Shown here one piece after another: positions 1 to 10,368 of a stretch of DNA of 64,000 bases. Origin of the DNA: an uncultured delta proteobacterium (GTDB lineage Bacteria; Desulfobacterota; Binatia; UBA9968); contig CAWJZV010000041.1 of assembly GCA_963847445.1 (NCBI GenBank), positions 78,848 to 142,847 on the forward strand, in the 5' to 3' direction. The notes below the pieces were generated by a model, which saw only the letters and a program-made list of their open reading frames with translations, was not told where the DNA came from and made no database searches. How positions within the stretch are numbered: position 1 is the stretch's first letter; every line of letters begins with the position of its first letter. The translations under genes and the position numbers were made by a program.

Positions 1-340
1 CGTGCCGGGCGTTTGAGCCGCATCGGCCGTCGCCGCCGCTGATTTCCCTTGACCCTTGCGAAAGCGCGACTCGAAACTGTCGCCAAAGTTGGTTTCCGGA
101 TGGAGTCTCGCGTGCTCTTTGGATCAAAGCTTCTTCGGATTCAACATTGTTCGGATCGGTGATGCAGACATCCACCGGGCAGACCGCTGCACAGGCCTCG
201 TAATCGTGAAACCCGACGCATTCGGTGCAAAGCTTCGGATCGATGACGAAAATCGGGTCGCCTTGAGTAATCGCATTGTTGGGACACTCGGGCTCGCAAG
301 CGCCGCAGTTGATACAGTCGTTGGCGATCATCGTTGCCAT
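1..340 (-). CDS. YfhL-family 2[4Fe-4S] ferredoxin, 3' end runs off the window (absent from the ORF track)
   Basis: Manual translation from ATG at 340, with GGAGG RBS upstream: MATMIANDCINCGACEPECPNNAITQGDPIFVIDPKLCTECVGFHDYEACAAVCPVDVC. Probable 1-nt indel near 106, then LHPETNFGDSFESRFRK. Confidence 0.85.
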   Translation of the reverse strand, partial: MATMIANDCINCGACEPECPNNAITQGDPIFVIDPKLCTECVGFHDYEACAAVCPVDVCITDPNNVESEEALIQRARETPSGNQLWRQFRVALSQGSREISGGDGRCGSNARH

Positions 341-664
341 GAACTTCTCACCTCCAAAATAACTAGCGCGGAATTGCCATCGGCGTGAAACTCGCCATAT
401 CCTAGATGAAATGAATTGGCGTTGCAAATCTTTGAATTCCCTGTGACCCGAATGTCACAAGCGTTTTCTCCATCGGCCATGGGGCGGCAAAGTTGTGAGC
501 TCGTGCGACGGCGAGTGAAGTGCGACTTTACGCTAGCTGCGGCTACTTCTAAATTGGCGATCTCAAGGATCGCACTGCGTCGATAGCGCCCAAGAAAATG
601 TCGCAGACAAGATGGGGCGGCGCCACCCTCTTGGCGCGTCGGTTCTGGTGGGCTATGATGCCGC

Positions 665-1690
665 ATGATGATTTCCCGACCATTTTACCTCCATCGGATT
701 TTTTCGATGGGTTTCGCAGTTGCACTAGTTGTTTTTACCGCCAACGTTTCTCCGGGCGCCGATAGTCCGAAGAAACTGCGCTTGGCCTACGCCGGGTGGG
801 AGGTCGGCACGGCGGTGGCCTACATCGGCGTCGACGCCGGTTTGTTCAAACAGCATGGGTTGGAAGTCGACGAGCTGCCGATTCGCGACACGCTGAGCGC
901 CGGCGTGCAGTCGCTGTTAGGCGTCGATTTGCTGATCGGTTTCGGCAATCCGCTCGCTGTGCTGCAGCCGGTGGCCAGCGGCGGGGATATCACGGTGATC
1001 GGCTCCCATGTCAGTTTCGATCAGTACGGCATGGGCGTGGCGACATCCATCGACGCAATTAAAGATTTGAAGGGTAAGAAGGTCGGGGTCTCGGCGCTCG
1101 GCGCGCGCTCGGATCTAATCGCCCGAGTCATGTTGCGGCGCGCCGGACTGGATCCCGCCAAGGATGTTGAGATGGTGGCGGCCGGCCTGGCGCCGCAACG
1201 GGCGCTGGCGTTATCGAAGAATCTCGTGCAGGGAGTGCCGCTGCGGGAGGATATCGCCGCGGAAGCGAAGAAAGCCGGCATCAAGATTGTCGAAGTGAAA
1301 ACCGTTCCAGTGGTCACTGATTTGTTGATGACCACACGCTCGTTCATCAAGCGCGATGAAGAGACCATCCGCCGTTTCATGAAGGGCTACGCCGCGGCGA
1401 TCCACCATTTCCTCTCCAAGCGTAGCGAGAGCTTGGCGATCCTGAAAAAATACTTTCCCGGCACTCAGGGGATCTCTGTCGACAGCATGTATGACGCCTA
1501 CTCGGCGCAACTACGGCCGCTGCCCGAGCTTAACAACGAATCGATCCAAGCCCTGGTCGATGTCAGCGCCGTCGCGGACCAACGCGCCGGCAAGCTCAAA
1601 CCCAGCGATATCGTCGAGCCGCGCTTTTTCGACGAGCTCAAGAACAGCAAGTTTTTGAAGGATCTCTACGTCGAGAAGGTCAGCCTCTGA
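665..1690 (+). CDS. ABC transporter substrate-binding protein, NMT1/SsuA/TauA-like
   Basis: Signal peptide; GLFKQHGLEV and DLKGKKVGVS motifs. Confidence 0.85.
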   Translation: MMISRPFYLHRIFSMGFAVALVVFTANVSPGADSPKKLRLAYAGWEVGTAVAYIGVDAGLFKQHGLEVDELPIRDTLSAGVQSLLGVDLLIGFGNPLAVLQPVASGGDITVIGSHVSFDQYGMGVATSIDAIKDLKGKKVGVSALGARSDLIARVMLRRAGLDPAKDVEMVAAGLAPQRALALSKNLVQGVPLREDIAAEAKKAGIKIVEVKTVPVVTDLLMTTRSFIKRDEETIRRFMKGYAAAIHHFLSKRSESLAILKKYFPGTQGISVDSMYDAYSAQLRPLPELNNESIQALVDVSAVADQRAGKLKPSDIVEPRFFDELKNSKFLKDLYVEKVSL

Positions 1691-1881
1691 TCGTCCGCTG
1701 TTAGACTTCACACAGAGAACTTTAATCGAGGATTGTCGCTGGAAGATCGCCGATGGCGATCTTCCAGCCGCGCATCCTTGCTTCGGTGGGCGTGCGCCTA
1801 TCGGTTCCTCAGCGCGCCGAACTGGAACTTTCACCGGCCTTTTGATATGCAGCAGACAACAAAATTTAACCGGAGGAACTC

Positions 1882-2628
1882 ATGAGACTCAAAGATCAGG
1901 TGGCGATCGTTACCGGAGCGGGGCGTAATATTGGCGAGGATGTTTGTAAACTGTTCGTCGCGGAAGGCGCCAAGGTTGCCGTCGTCGATTTGGATCCGGG
2001 GCGCGGCAGCAACGTCGCCAATGAAATCAACGCGAAAAATCCTGGCAAAGCTATTTCGGTGGTTTGCGATGTCGCCAACGCTGCGTCGGTCAACAGCATG
2101 GTCGAGACCGTGGTTAAGGCCTTTGGCGGCGTCGATATCCTGGTCAACAACGCGGCTTGGACCGATCACAAGACGCTCTTCGATATCACCGAGGAAGAAT
2201 GGGATCGGACGATGAATGTGTGCATGCGCAGCGTGTGGTACTGCACCCGCGCGACGGCCAAAGTGATGATCGAGCAGAAGCGCAAAGGGCGGATCGTCAA
2301 CATCGCCTCGACTTCGGGTCACTGGGGGCGCAAGGAAGCGACGGCTTATACCACGGCCAAGGCGGGCGTGTTGAACCTGACCCGTTCCATCGCCGTGCAG
2401 TTGGCGCCGGAAGGCATTCGCGTCAATTCCGTCTCGCCGAACCGCATCGGCTCTCCGGTGGGTCAACAAGACGTGCCGGAAAATCGTTTCGTGAAAAATT
2501 TGGCCGGCCGGCGCGGCGTGCCGATGGATATCGCCAAGGCGGTGGTGTTCATGGTCTCCGATGAGTCGGAGTTTATCTATGCGATCGATCTGCCGGTCGA
2601 CGGCGGCGCGTTGGCGATCCGGGATTAG
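1882..2628 (+). CDS. Short-chain dehydrogenase/reductase
   Basis: TGAGRNIG, VNNA, YTTAK (YxxxK), VDGG. Confidence 0.92.
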   Translation: MRLKDQVAIVTGAGRNIGEDVCKLFVAEGAKVAVVDLDPGRGSNVANEINAKNPGKAISVVCDVANAASVNSMVETVVKAFGGVDILVNNAAWTDHKTLFDITEEEWDRTMNVCMRSVWYCTRATAKVMIEQKRKGRIVNIASTSGHWGRKEATAYTTAKAGVLNLTRSIAVQLAPEGIRVNSVSPNRIGSPVGQQDVPENRFVKNLAGRRGVPMDIAKAVVFMVSDESEFIYAIDLPVDGGALAIRD

Positions 2629-2648
2629 TCTTCGTTCGATACGTCATG

Positions 2649-2687
2649 AAAGGCGGTGAAGCGATCATGGCTTCACCGCCTTTTTTT
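2649..2687 (+). terminator. Rho-independent terminator after the SDR
   Basis: AAAGGCGGTGAAGC-loop-GCTTCACCGCCTTT stem followed by a T-tract. Confidence 0.85.
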
Positions 2688-2759
2688 GCTCTCGGACTCG
2701 GAAAGACTCACCGCAGAGGCGCTGCAGAGGTCACAGAGAGAAGATTCGGAATCGGATGA

Positions 2760-2822
2760 TTTAACCGCAAAGGACGCAAAGAACGCATTTCCGAACGTAC
2801 GGGGCGGGTTTGAAACCCGCCC
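2760..2822. repeat. Composite element: CCGCAAAG/ACGCAAAG 9-mer array plus REP-like hairpin GGGCGGGTTTGAAACCCGCCC
   Basis: Homologous copies at 8077, 16751, 40260 and 60080. Confidence 0.8.
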
Positions 2823-2889
2823 TCGTCTTGTCTCCGCGTTGACAGTCTTTCGCTGGATCGGATAACTTCGCCGACGAAGAGGAACCACC

Positions 2890-3927
2890 ATGAGTGAAAC
2901 CGCAATCCAACGCAGCGGTTCAGCCCGACGCGACTTTGAAGTCGACGCCCGAGACGGTTCTGTGGGGCTATATCGCGGCCAATTTGCCGCCGGCATTGAC
3001 CGTGAAGTCGGGACAGATCGTCGAGATCGAGGCGCTGTCGCACCAGGGGCTGACCACCAGCAAGGATCCCGAGAAGTTTTTTGCCGGCTATGGGATTCCC
3101 GGCAACGAAGTTCTCGCCGATGCCAAGCAGGTTTACGCCGAGGTGAAGCGGCCTAAAGGCGCGAGTGTGCATGTTCTCACCGGGCCGATCTATGTCGACG
3201 GGCGCCGAGCCGGGCGATTGTTTGGAGATCCGCGTGCACGACATCAAGTTCCGCGTGCCCTACGGCGTCAACAATACCGGTCCCGGTAAAGGCGTGCTGC
3301 CCAAGCTGCTCAAAGAGGCCACGGCGAAACTGATCCGCATCGATCTCGAACGGCGCGTGGCGCTGTTCTCCGACGATATTCAGATACCGCTCAATCCGTT
3401 CATGGGCATCATGGCGGTGTCGCCGCCGACGAGTTTGGGGCTGGTTTCATCGACGCCGCCGGGCGCCTGGGGCGGCAACATCGATTTGAAATACACCGGC
3501 ATCGGTTCGTCGTTATTTCTTCCCGTGTTCAACAAGGGCGGGCAGTTTTTCACCGGCGACGGCCATGCGGTGCAAGGCGACGGCGAGGTGGACGGCGGCG
3601 CCATCGAGATCTCGCTCAAGCCGACCCTGCAATTCATCGTTCACAAAGGCAAGACGATCAAGCAGCCGCGGGTGGAAACCGCGACGGATTATCTCACCAC
3701 CGGGCTCGATGTCGACTTAAACGTCGCCACCAGAATCGCCGTGCAGGAAGCGGTGGATTTCCTCCAGGAGGAAAAAGGCATGAGCGCGGCGGACGCTTAC
3801 GCGCTGTCGAGTCTTGCCGTGGATTTAGGCAATTGGCGAAGCGGTCGACATGGTGAATCTGGTCTATGCCAAGATTCCCAAGAATATTTTTAAGAGCAAT
3901 GCGGAGTTCTGGCATAAGCCGGCGTAG
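2890..3927 (+). CDS. Acetamidase/formamidase family protein (frameshifted in the assembly)
   Basis: ORF pieces 2894-3289 and 3165-3893 carry HVLTGPIYV, GGNID and GDGHAVQGDGE; the C-terminus ends KIPKNIFKSNAEFWHKPA* at 3927. Confidence 0.85.
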
Positions 3928-4055
3928 CCGGCGTTCAAGGTTCAATGTTCAAGTGTTCAACGTTGAATCCGAATCCGGTTTCAAATCTAACCCGTTGTCT
4001 TGAACGATCACCGAGTTGGCGGGTAGATAACATTAGCCCACTGAAGGAGAATCCC

Positions 4056-5147
4056 ATGGATATCGCGCCGCTCAATCAAAAAACCGGTTACGTGCGCTGG
4101 ATGAAGAGCCAGGGGCTGCCGATTCATACCGGCCATGGCATGGCCGATCTACGCGCACTCGAAGTTACGCCCTATGCGCGCATGGGCGGCAAGGCCGCGT
4201 TCATTCAACTGCACGGCATGCAGGGGATCACCGGCGGCTACATCGGCGAGATCCCGCCGGGCGATGCGCTGAAACCGGAGCGGCATCTCTATGAAGAGGT
4301 GATCTGCATTCTCAACGGCCAGGGCGCCACCGAGCTATGGGACGATCATGGCAACAAAAAAATGTTCGAGTGGAACAAGTGGAGCCTGTTCGCGCCACCG
4401 ATGAACACGAACCATCGGTTGGTCAACGGCTCGCGCGAACCGGTGCGCTTCCTCGCCGTGACCAATGCGCCGTTGGCGTTCGACATTTATCGCGATGAAA
4501 ATTTCGTTTTTAATTGCCCCTACAGTTTCAAAGACCGCTATTACGGCGAAGAAGATTATTTCGAAGTCGGCAAGAAGCGTTACGTCAGCGGCTTGATCAA
4601 TATCTGGGAGACCAATTTTATTCCCGACATCAATGCCGCGATGTTGGAAAGCCTCGAAGTCAAAGGCGCCGGTCTGCGCTTGGCGCAGTTCGAGATGGCC
4701 GGCAACGCGCTGGTCGGCCATCTGGGCGAGTGGCCGGTGGGCAAATATCACAAAGCGCACCACCATGGTCCAGGCGCGATCATCGTCGGCACCAAGTCGG
4801 TCGGCAACGTGCTTCTCTGGCACAAGCAATGGGGCATGCACCCGTACACCGACGGCCATGAAGACAAGGTGATCGATATCAACTGGGGTGAAGGGAGCAT
4901 TTATTGCCCGCCCGGCGACTGGTTCCACCAGCACTTCAACACCGGCAAAGAGCCGGCGCGCCACTTGGCCGTGCGCTACGGCAGCCGCATTCATCCGTTG
5001 GGTTTCAAAGTCTCGCACCAGAAAACCGACGACGATGTTTTCCGCAGCGTCGACGAAGGCGGCTGGATGATCACCTACGAGAACGAAGACCCGGAGATTC
5101 CCAAGCGCTATCAGGCGGCGCTCAAGGCGAATGGGGTTGTTTCCTAA
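4056..5147 (+). CDS. Bicupin protein (gentisate-dioxygenase-like fold)
   Basis: RHLYEE, PPMNTNH, YHKAHHH and WFHQHFN cupin motifs; GAAGGAG RBS before ATG 4056. Confidence 0.75.
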   Translation: MDIAPLNQKTGYVRWMKSQGLPIHTGHGMADLRALEVTPYARMGGKAAFIQLHGMQGITGGYIGEIPPGDALKPERHLYEEVICILNGQGATELWDDHGNKKMFEWNKWSLFAPPMNTNHRLVNGSREPVRFLAVTNAPLAFDIYRDENFVFNCPYSFKDRYYGEEDYFEVGKKRYVSGLINIWETNFIPDINAAMLESLEVKGAGLRLAQFEMAGNALVGHLGEWPVGKYHKAHHHGPGAIIVGTKSVGNVLLWHKQWGMHPYTDGHEDKVIDINWGEGSIYCPPGDWFHQHFNTGKEPARHLAVRYGSRIHPLGFKVSHQKTDDDVFRSVDEGGWMITYENEDPEIPKRYQAALKANGVVS

Positions 5148-5236
5148 AATTTGTTCAAGGGTTCAAGGTTCAAAAGTTCAAGGTTCCGGCCCGTTTCGGC
5201 TGAACTTTGAGCTATTACAATTGTGTTTGCAGGGAC

Positions 5237-5510
5237 TCATGACGTTCCTCGATGGCTTAGAACGCGTCGTAGACGCTGCTGTCGGCTGTGCGGCGCTGCG
5301 ACATTAGTGACGCCAGCACCGAGAGCAATAAATCCCGCAATCACCCCGAGCGATGCGCCGATCGGATTTTGTAGACATCGACGAGCATCATTTTGACCCC
5401 AACAACCGAGCACGACGGAAAGGCCGACTTTCATATAGACGAACATTTCCATCACGCCCGCGAGCATGAAATGGAGCGCGCGCAAACCGAGAATGGTGAA
5501 CACGTTTGCG
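5237..5510 (-). pseudogene. C-terminal remnant of a TerC/Alx membrane protein
   Basis: NVFTILGLRALHFMLAGVMEMFVYMKVGLSVVL matches the TerC C-terminus; no N-terminal two-thirds; degenerate. Confidence 0.65.
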
Positions 5511-5512
5511 CG

Positions 5513-6790
5513 CTAATTCTCCGCTTCCCAGTATTTGTCTTTCTTCAACTGCTCGACGACATAGGTCTTGGGGTCTCGGCTCGCGGGGATTGTTGTGGCG
5601 ATGCAGGCGACGTGGCGGACGTCGGTTTGCGCGGTGGTGCGAATGATATGCGGCGGCTCCTTGCCGCTCGCGACGGCGCGGGCGGCGTTCAGCAGGAATT
5701 TGCGCACGGCGATGACGGTCATGTCGCTGACGCCCAAGTGTTCTTGGGAGCGGTCGTAGATCGGTCCCATGGTTTCGGTGGCGCAGGCGTCGTGGTTTAA
5801 AAAGATCGGCCCCATGCCGGTGAAGTTTTCTCGCCGCTGCTTTTCGCGGTCGATGAGATAGTCGTTTTGCAGGTTGCGAATTTTAATAAAGTCGGGACCG
5901 ATCTCCTCGTCGTGTTGTCTTTCTTCCGGCTCGATGGGCCGGTTGCGGCGGAAGTGGATGTTGTAGCGCATGCTGTGGGTGTCATCGACCGGCACATGGG
6001 AGTGGATCGTGTAGCCTTCGGGGTTTCCTTTGATGCCGCCGGTGGGGATGAAGCCGTGGCAGGGCATGACGATATTCGACACGCGCAGGTAAACCTTGTC
6101 GGCGGCGATTTTGCGGCATGACAACATGCGCACGCCGTAGTCCATCTCGATGCCTTCGAGAGTCGGCGCGGTGTCGGCGGCGTAAAGATCGCCGTCGCCG
6201 CCGCCGCGCGGCCGGTCGCCGGTGAAAGATCGGTGTAAGAACGACAGGTGCGACGAGTCGCATTCGCCTTCGAGGCCTTGGAGCCAACTACAGTCTTGCA
6301 TCGACCGGGTGACGTAGAGATTTTCCGGCGCCATGGTCATCCACTCGTAGTTGGGCAAGAGCGGCTGCTTGTCCGGCGCGCCCATGTAGGTCCAGATCAT
6401 GCCGCCGGCTTCTCTGCACGGGTAGGCGACCTGGCGCACTTTGTCTTTGAGCGTGCTGCCGGCGGGCTCCGCCGGGGTGTCGAGCACCTTGCCGTCGATG
6501 TCGTATTTCCAACCATGGTAGATGCAGCGCAGGCCGCACTCTTCGTTCCTGCCAAAAAACAGCGACGTGCCGCGGTGGGCGCAGTGCTCTTCGAGCAGGC
6601 CGACTCGGCCTTGAGTATCGCGAAAGGCGACCAGATCTTCGCCGAGCAAGCGCACGCGCACGGGCGGGCAGTCGGGCTCAGGGATTTCTGCAGCGAGCAG
6701 CGCCGGGATCCAGTAGCGGCGCATCAGTTGGCCCATCGGCTTGTCCGGGCTCACGAGCGTGAGCATGTCGTTTTCTTCGCGTGGCAGCAT
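5513..6790 (-). CDS. Rieske non-heme iron oxygenase, phthalate 4,5-dioxygenase-like alpha subunit
   Basis: CAHRG...CIYHGW Rieske motif; ECDSSHLSFLH mononuclear Fe motif. Confidence 0.92.
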   Translation of the reverse strand: MLPREENDMLTLVSPDKPMGQLMRRYWIPALLAAEIPEPDCPPVRVRLLGEDLVAFRDTQGRVGLLEEHCAHRGTSLFFGRNEECGLRCIYHGWKYDIDGKVLDTPAEPAGSTLKDKVRQVAYPCREAGGMIWTYMGAPDKQPLLPNYEWMTMAPENLYVTRSMQDCSWLQGLEGECDSSHLSFLHRSFTGDRPRGGGDGDLYAADTAPTLEGIEMDYGVRMLSCRKIAADKVYLRVSNIVMPCHGFIPTGGIKGNPEGYTIHSHVPVDDTHSMRYNIHFRRNRPIEPEERQHDEEIGPDFIKIRNLQNDYLIDREKQRRENFTGMGPIFLNHDACATETMGPIYDRSQEHLGVSDMTVIAVRKFLLNAARAVASGKEPPHIIRTTAQTDVRHVACIATTIPASRDPKTYVVEQLKKDKYWEAEN

Positions 6791-6820
6791 GGCTTGGTCC
6801 TCTTGAGTGCTGAAAGTCGA

Positions 6821-7975
6821 TCAGCCGATTTTGAATTCTCCCGGCGCGATTTCGACGATGCGGTTTTTTGCCGGATCGCGGATCGTGCCGATGGGATCTT
6901 GGCCGGCGGCGATGGCGTCCATGGAGTCCTTGTAAAGCTTGCGCAGCATGATCACGCCTTTGTCCGACACGCCCAAGTGTTCAATGGTCCGGTCGCAAAT
7001 TACCCCTTGGCTTTCTTGGGCAGCGCGGTCTTGGTCGCCGCGCGCCAGATAGCCGGTCGCTTCGTCGTAGCGGTACTGGCCTGGTGTGGTTTCAACCACG
7101 CCTTTGGCCGCGCCATCCGGCGGGATGTTCCCGGTCGGTTTGCCGTCGACCACCGGCGCGAAGTAGACGGTGAAATGCATCGTGTGGGTGTCGTCGGCGG
7201 GCACGCGCCAACGCAGCGCTTCGTAGCCCGGATGATTGGCCGACATGCCGCAGGGATGGCTTTCCGGGACGTGATATCCGGTCTTGTTCATGGTCGGCAT
7301 GATGAAGTAGCTGAGAGTCTGATAGCGCTCACCGCCGCCGGTGCGCGCGAAGGTGTCACGAATGCCGTAATCGAAGTACTCCGAGGTCAGCACCGGGTCG
7401 GTCCATTTTTTGGTATTGGGCGTGCGGTGCAGCCACTTGAAGTGATGTTGATCGACGGTGTTCTCGACCATCTGTAAATAATTGCAGCTGGCGATACGTC
7501 CTTGCAGCGAACGGATTCCGTCCTCGCGCACCAGCACGTCATAGCGCGGCAACAACGGCGCCGGCTCCGGACCCAGGTAGGCGAAGATGACACCGGCAAG
7601 CTCTTCGACTTTGTAGGATGGCTGGCGCATTTTGTCTTTGAAATTCGCCTCCGGCGGTTCCGTGGGTTGTTCCAAACAGCGGCCGCTCACGTCGAACAGC
7701 CAGCCATGATAACAGCAGCGCAAGCCGCCGTCTTCGATGTAACCCAAGTGCAGCGATGTGCCGCGATGCGGACAGCGCGCGCCGATCAGGCCGAGCACGC
7801 CGTTCTCGTCACGGAATAAAACCAGATCTTCGCCGAGCAGCATGCGCCGCACCGGTTTGCCTTTGAGTTCGGCGGTGAAGCCGACCGGATGCCAGTAGCG
7901 GCGCATCATGGTGCCGCAAGGCGTGCCGGGCCCGACGCGGGTCAGATCGGTGTTTTCTTGGGCGGTGAGTGCCAT
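6821..7975 (-). CDS. Rieske non-heme iron oxygenase alpha subunit
   Basis: CPHRG...CCYHGW; ENTVDQHHFKWLH; QD..AQESQG. Confidence 0.92.
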   Translation of the reverse strand: MALTAQENTDLTRVGPGTPCGTMMRRYWHPVGFTAELKGKPVRRMLLGEDLVLFRDENGVLGLIGARCPHRGTSLHLGYIEDGGLRCCYHGWLFDVSGRCLEQPTEPPEANFKDKMRQPSYKVEELAGVIFAYLGPEPAPLLPRYDVLVREDGIRSLQGRIASCNYLQMVENTVDQHHFKWLHRTPNTKKWTDPVLTSEYFDYGIRDTFARTGGGERYQTLSYFIMPTMNKTGYHVPESHPCGMSANHPGYEALRWRVPADDTHTMHFTVYFAPVVDGKPTGNIPPDGAAKGVVETTPGQYRYDEATGYLARGDQDRAAQESQGVICDRTIEHLGVSDKGVIMLRKLYKDSMDAIAAGQDPIGTIRDPAKNRIVEIAPGEFKIG

Positions 7976-8041
7976 TTGGATGTCTCCTGCCTAGTGCGAA
8001 ATGATCGAGGGAATTGGCAATAGTGTTCACTACGATGGACC

Positions 8042-8282
8042 TAGTGCAGCGAAGCCGCAACCGAAAAGAAGATTGGCCGCAAAGAACGCAAAGGGTGCAA
8101 AAAAAAATCGGGACTGGTAGGGGCGGGTTTGAAACCCGCCCTCTTGGATTTGGCGCTCGGACAATTTGCGCATGCCGCGTAAACTATCTCGGATAGCACT
8201 ACGAAGGTCTGGGAAGTAGGGCGCAGCATGCTGCGCTCCTACAAGTCCAGTTGCTTTCGGTCCCTTTGCGTTCTTTGCGGCC
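8042..8282. repeat. Composite palindromic element: 9-mer arrays in inverted orientation enclosing two GTAG-REP hairpins
   Basis: ccgcaaagaacgcaaaggg (8077) versus ccctttgcgttctttgcgg (8262-8280); gtaggggcgggtttgaaacccgccc (8117); gtagggcgcagcatgctgcgctcctac (8216). Confidence 0.85.
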
Positions 8283-8295
8283 AATCTCTCCGTCT

Positions 8296-9368
8296 TCAAA
8301 CTACCTTGCGAACAGTTTTAATTTTTCCGCCGGCAGATCGGATGTAAACTTGCTGCGCCAGCACGGTCCTCTGCGTCGTTTTGAATCGTAACGGCTTGCC
8401 GTTCACCTTCACGTCGCACACCGTCAGCTCGCCGAGAAACGTCGATGCCAATACTTCGGCGGCAAATTCGTTTTCCAATCCGGTAGGCGCGGCGGCGATC
8501 TGCAACTCTTCGGGCCGGATGGCGACGCTGACGTTGCGCAAACTGCCATCGCCGACGGCGCAGACAAGCTTTCCTAGGTCGGTGTCGACTTGAGCGCCGT
8601 TGCTGACGACGCCGTCGATCAAATTGGTCGAACCGAGGAACTCGCAGACTTCACGGTTCAACGGCCGATCATAGAGATCCCGCGGCGGCGCGCACTGCAA
8701 GACTTTCCCTTTGCTCATGACCGCGACACGGTCGGCCAGCGCCATGGCTTCGACCTGGTCGTGGGTGACGTAGAGCACGGCGATGCCAAATTTCTTGGAC
8801 AGGTTCTTGATCTCGTCGCGCACTTCTTCGCGCAGGCGGGCGTCGAGATTGCTGAGCGGCTCGTCCATCAACAGCACTTTCGGTTCCACCGCGAGGGCGC
8901 GCGCCAAGGCGACGCGCTGCTGCTGGCCGCCGCTTAAAAATGGCGCCGGGCGGTCGGCGAGGCCGCCGAGCTGAACCAGCTCCAGCGCGTTCAGCACGCG
9001 CTTTTTGATGTCGGCGCGGGACAGCTTGTAGCGGTCCATTGATCAGCGGGAAGGCGACATTGTCGTAGACCGTCATATGCGGCCAGACGGCGTAGGACTG
9101 AAACACCATGCCGATGCCGCGCCCTTCGGGAGCGACGAAGAATTTGCGTTCGGCGGAGCTGACCAGGACGTTGCTGATGGCGATCTCGCCGCCGTCGGGC
9201 CGCTCCAAGCCGGCGACGCAGCGTAGGAGCGTGGTCTTGCCCGAGCCGCTGAGCCCGAGCAGGACGAAGAACTCCTGGTCGCCGACATCGACGCTGACGC
9301 CGTCGACGGCATGCACCGCGTCGGTGCCGGACTTGTAGATCTTTAGTAAGGTTTCTTATCGATATCAT
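8296..9368 (-). CDS. ABC transporter ATP-binding protein, Fe3+/polyamine type (frameshifted)
   Basis: GLSGSGKT Walker A in ORF 8669-9316; LSGGQQQR and LLMDEP plus TOBE-like C-terminus in ORF 8296-9039. Confidence 0.9.
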
Positions 9369-9484
9369 TTTCGGCGCTTACTCAGTTGATATTCGTTGTC
9401 GTGACTCGACTGCGCGCAAAATGTCCAGCGCAGTTTTTATCACGCCGCCGGGGATTTGCAATCGACTCGTGGCCGCTCAACGCG

Positions 9485-10258
9485 TCAGTCGCCGGAATAG
9501 TGCAGGCGCCAGTAATAATTCGCCCAGCCGATATACTCGTGGAGGGTGGCAAACATCTTCGGCGCGGCGCCTTCGCTGGGAAAAAAGTTGAAGGGCGAAA
9601 AGTCAAATTTGCCAACGGAAAAATCTCCCGGCGCGGGGATCGGTTCGGCCACCCGCGCGCCGAACACCAGCATGCTGCGCGGCATATGCACGGCTGAAGT
9701 GACCAAGAGATAGCGTTTCCAGCCATGCTTCTTCAGGACTTTCTGAGTCTCCAAGGCATTCTCAAATGTGTCGCGGGATTTTTCTTCGCCGATGACATCC
9801 TGCTTGGGCACGCCCCACTTGATGAGAAAGTCGCGGGCGATCTTGTTTTCGTCCATCGCCGGCGTGAACGGATTGACATGGCCGCCGGAAATAATGATCG
9901 GTTTGGGCTGGATGCGATAGAGCCGCCAGGCCTCGTCGAGGCGGCGAAACATATGCTCGTCGATGGAGGGAAAGGGAATCAAGCCGCTCGCCGGATAGCT
10001 GCCGCTGGTGAGCACGACGATGGCGTCGTAGGCGCCGGCTTGGCGCGGATCGAGCAGCGGCGGATAGCGCGACTCTAGTTGGTAGCGCAGCGCATAGTTT
10101 AACGGGCCGCAGTGGAGGCTGAGTATGAGTAGCAACGTGACGAACAGCAGTTTACGCGCCCAGCGGCGCCGCCAAAAGATCAAAACCGCTAGCAGCATGA
10201 GCAGCCACGGCATCGGCGGCAGCAGGAGCGCTTTCAAGAACTGCTTGAGGGTGAACAT
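9485..10258 (-). CDS. YdcF/ElyC/SanA (DUF218) family protein
   Basis: N-terminal TM segments; ISGG, SRDTFENA, LVTSAVHMPRS. Confidence 0.9.
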   Translation of the reverse strand: MFTLKQFLKALLLPPMPWLLMLLAVLIFWRRRWARKLLFVTLLLILSLHCGPLNYALRYQLESRYPPLLDPRQAGAYDAIVVLTSGSYPASGLIPFPSIDEHMFRRLDEAWRLYRIQPKPIIISGGHVNPFTPAMDENKIARDFLIKWGVPKQDVIGEEKSRDTFENALETQKVLKKHGWKRYLLVTSAVHMPRSMLVFGARVAEPIPAPGDFSVGKFDFSPFNFFPSEGAAPKMFATLHEYIGWANYYWRLHYSGD

Positions 10259-10368
10259 GGGATTGATGAGGTTTCGGGTCCAGGGATTCGAGTTTCGGCT
10301 TGTCGCCGCCGCAACCGAACCGACGATGCAACTCGAAACTGAGAAACCCGAAACGCGAAACTGCAGTT

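Noticed and set aside
56-388. 110-aa plus-strand ORF
   Set aside because: It is antisense to the minus-strand ferredoxin, which has an RBS and Cys motifs.
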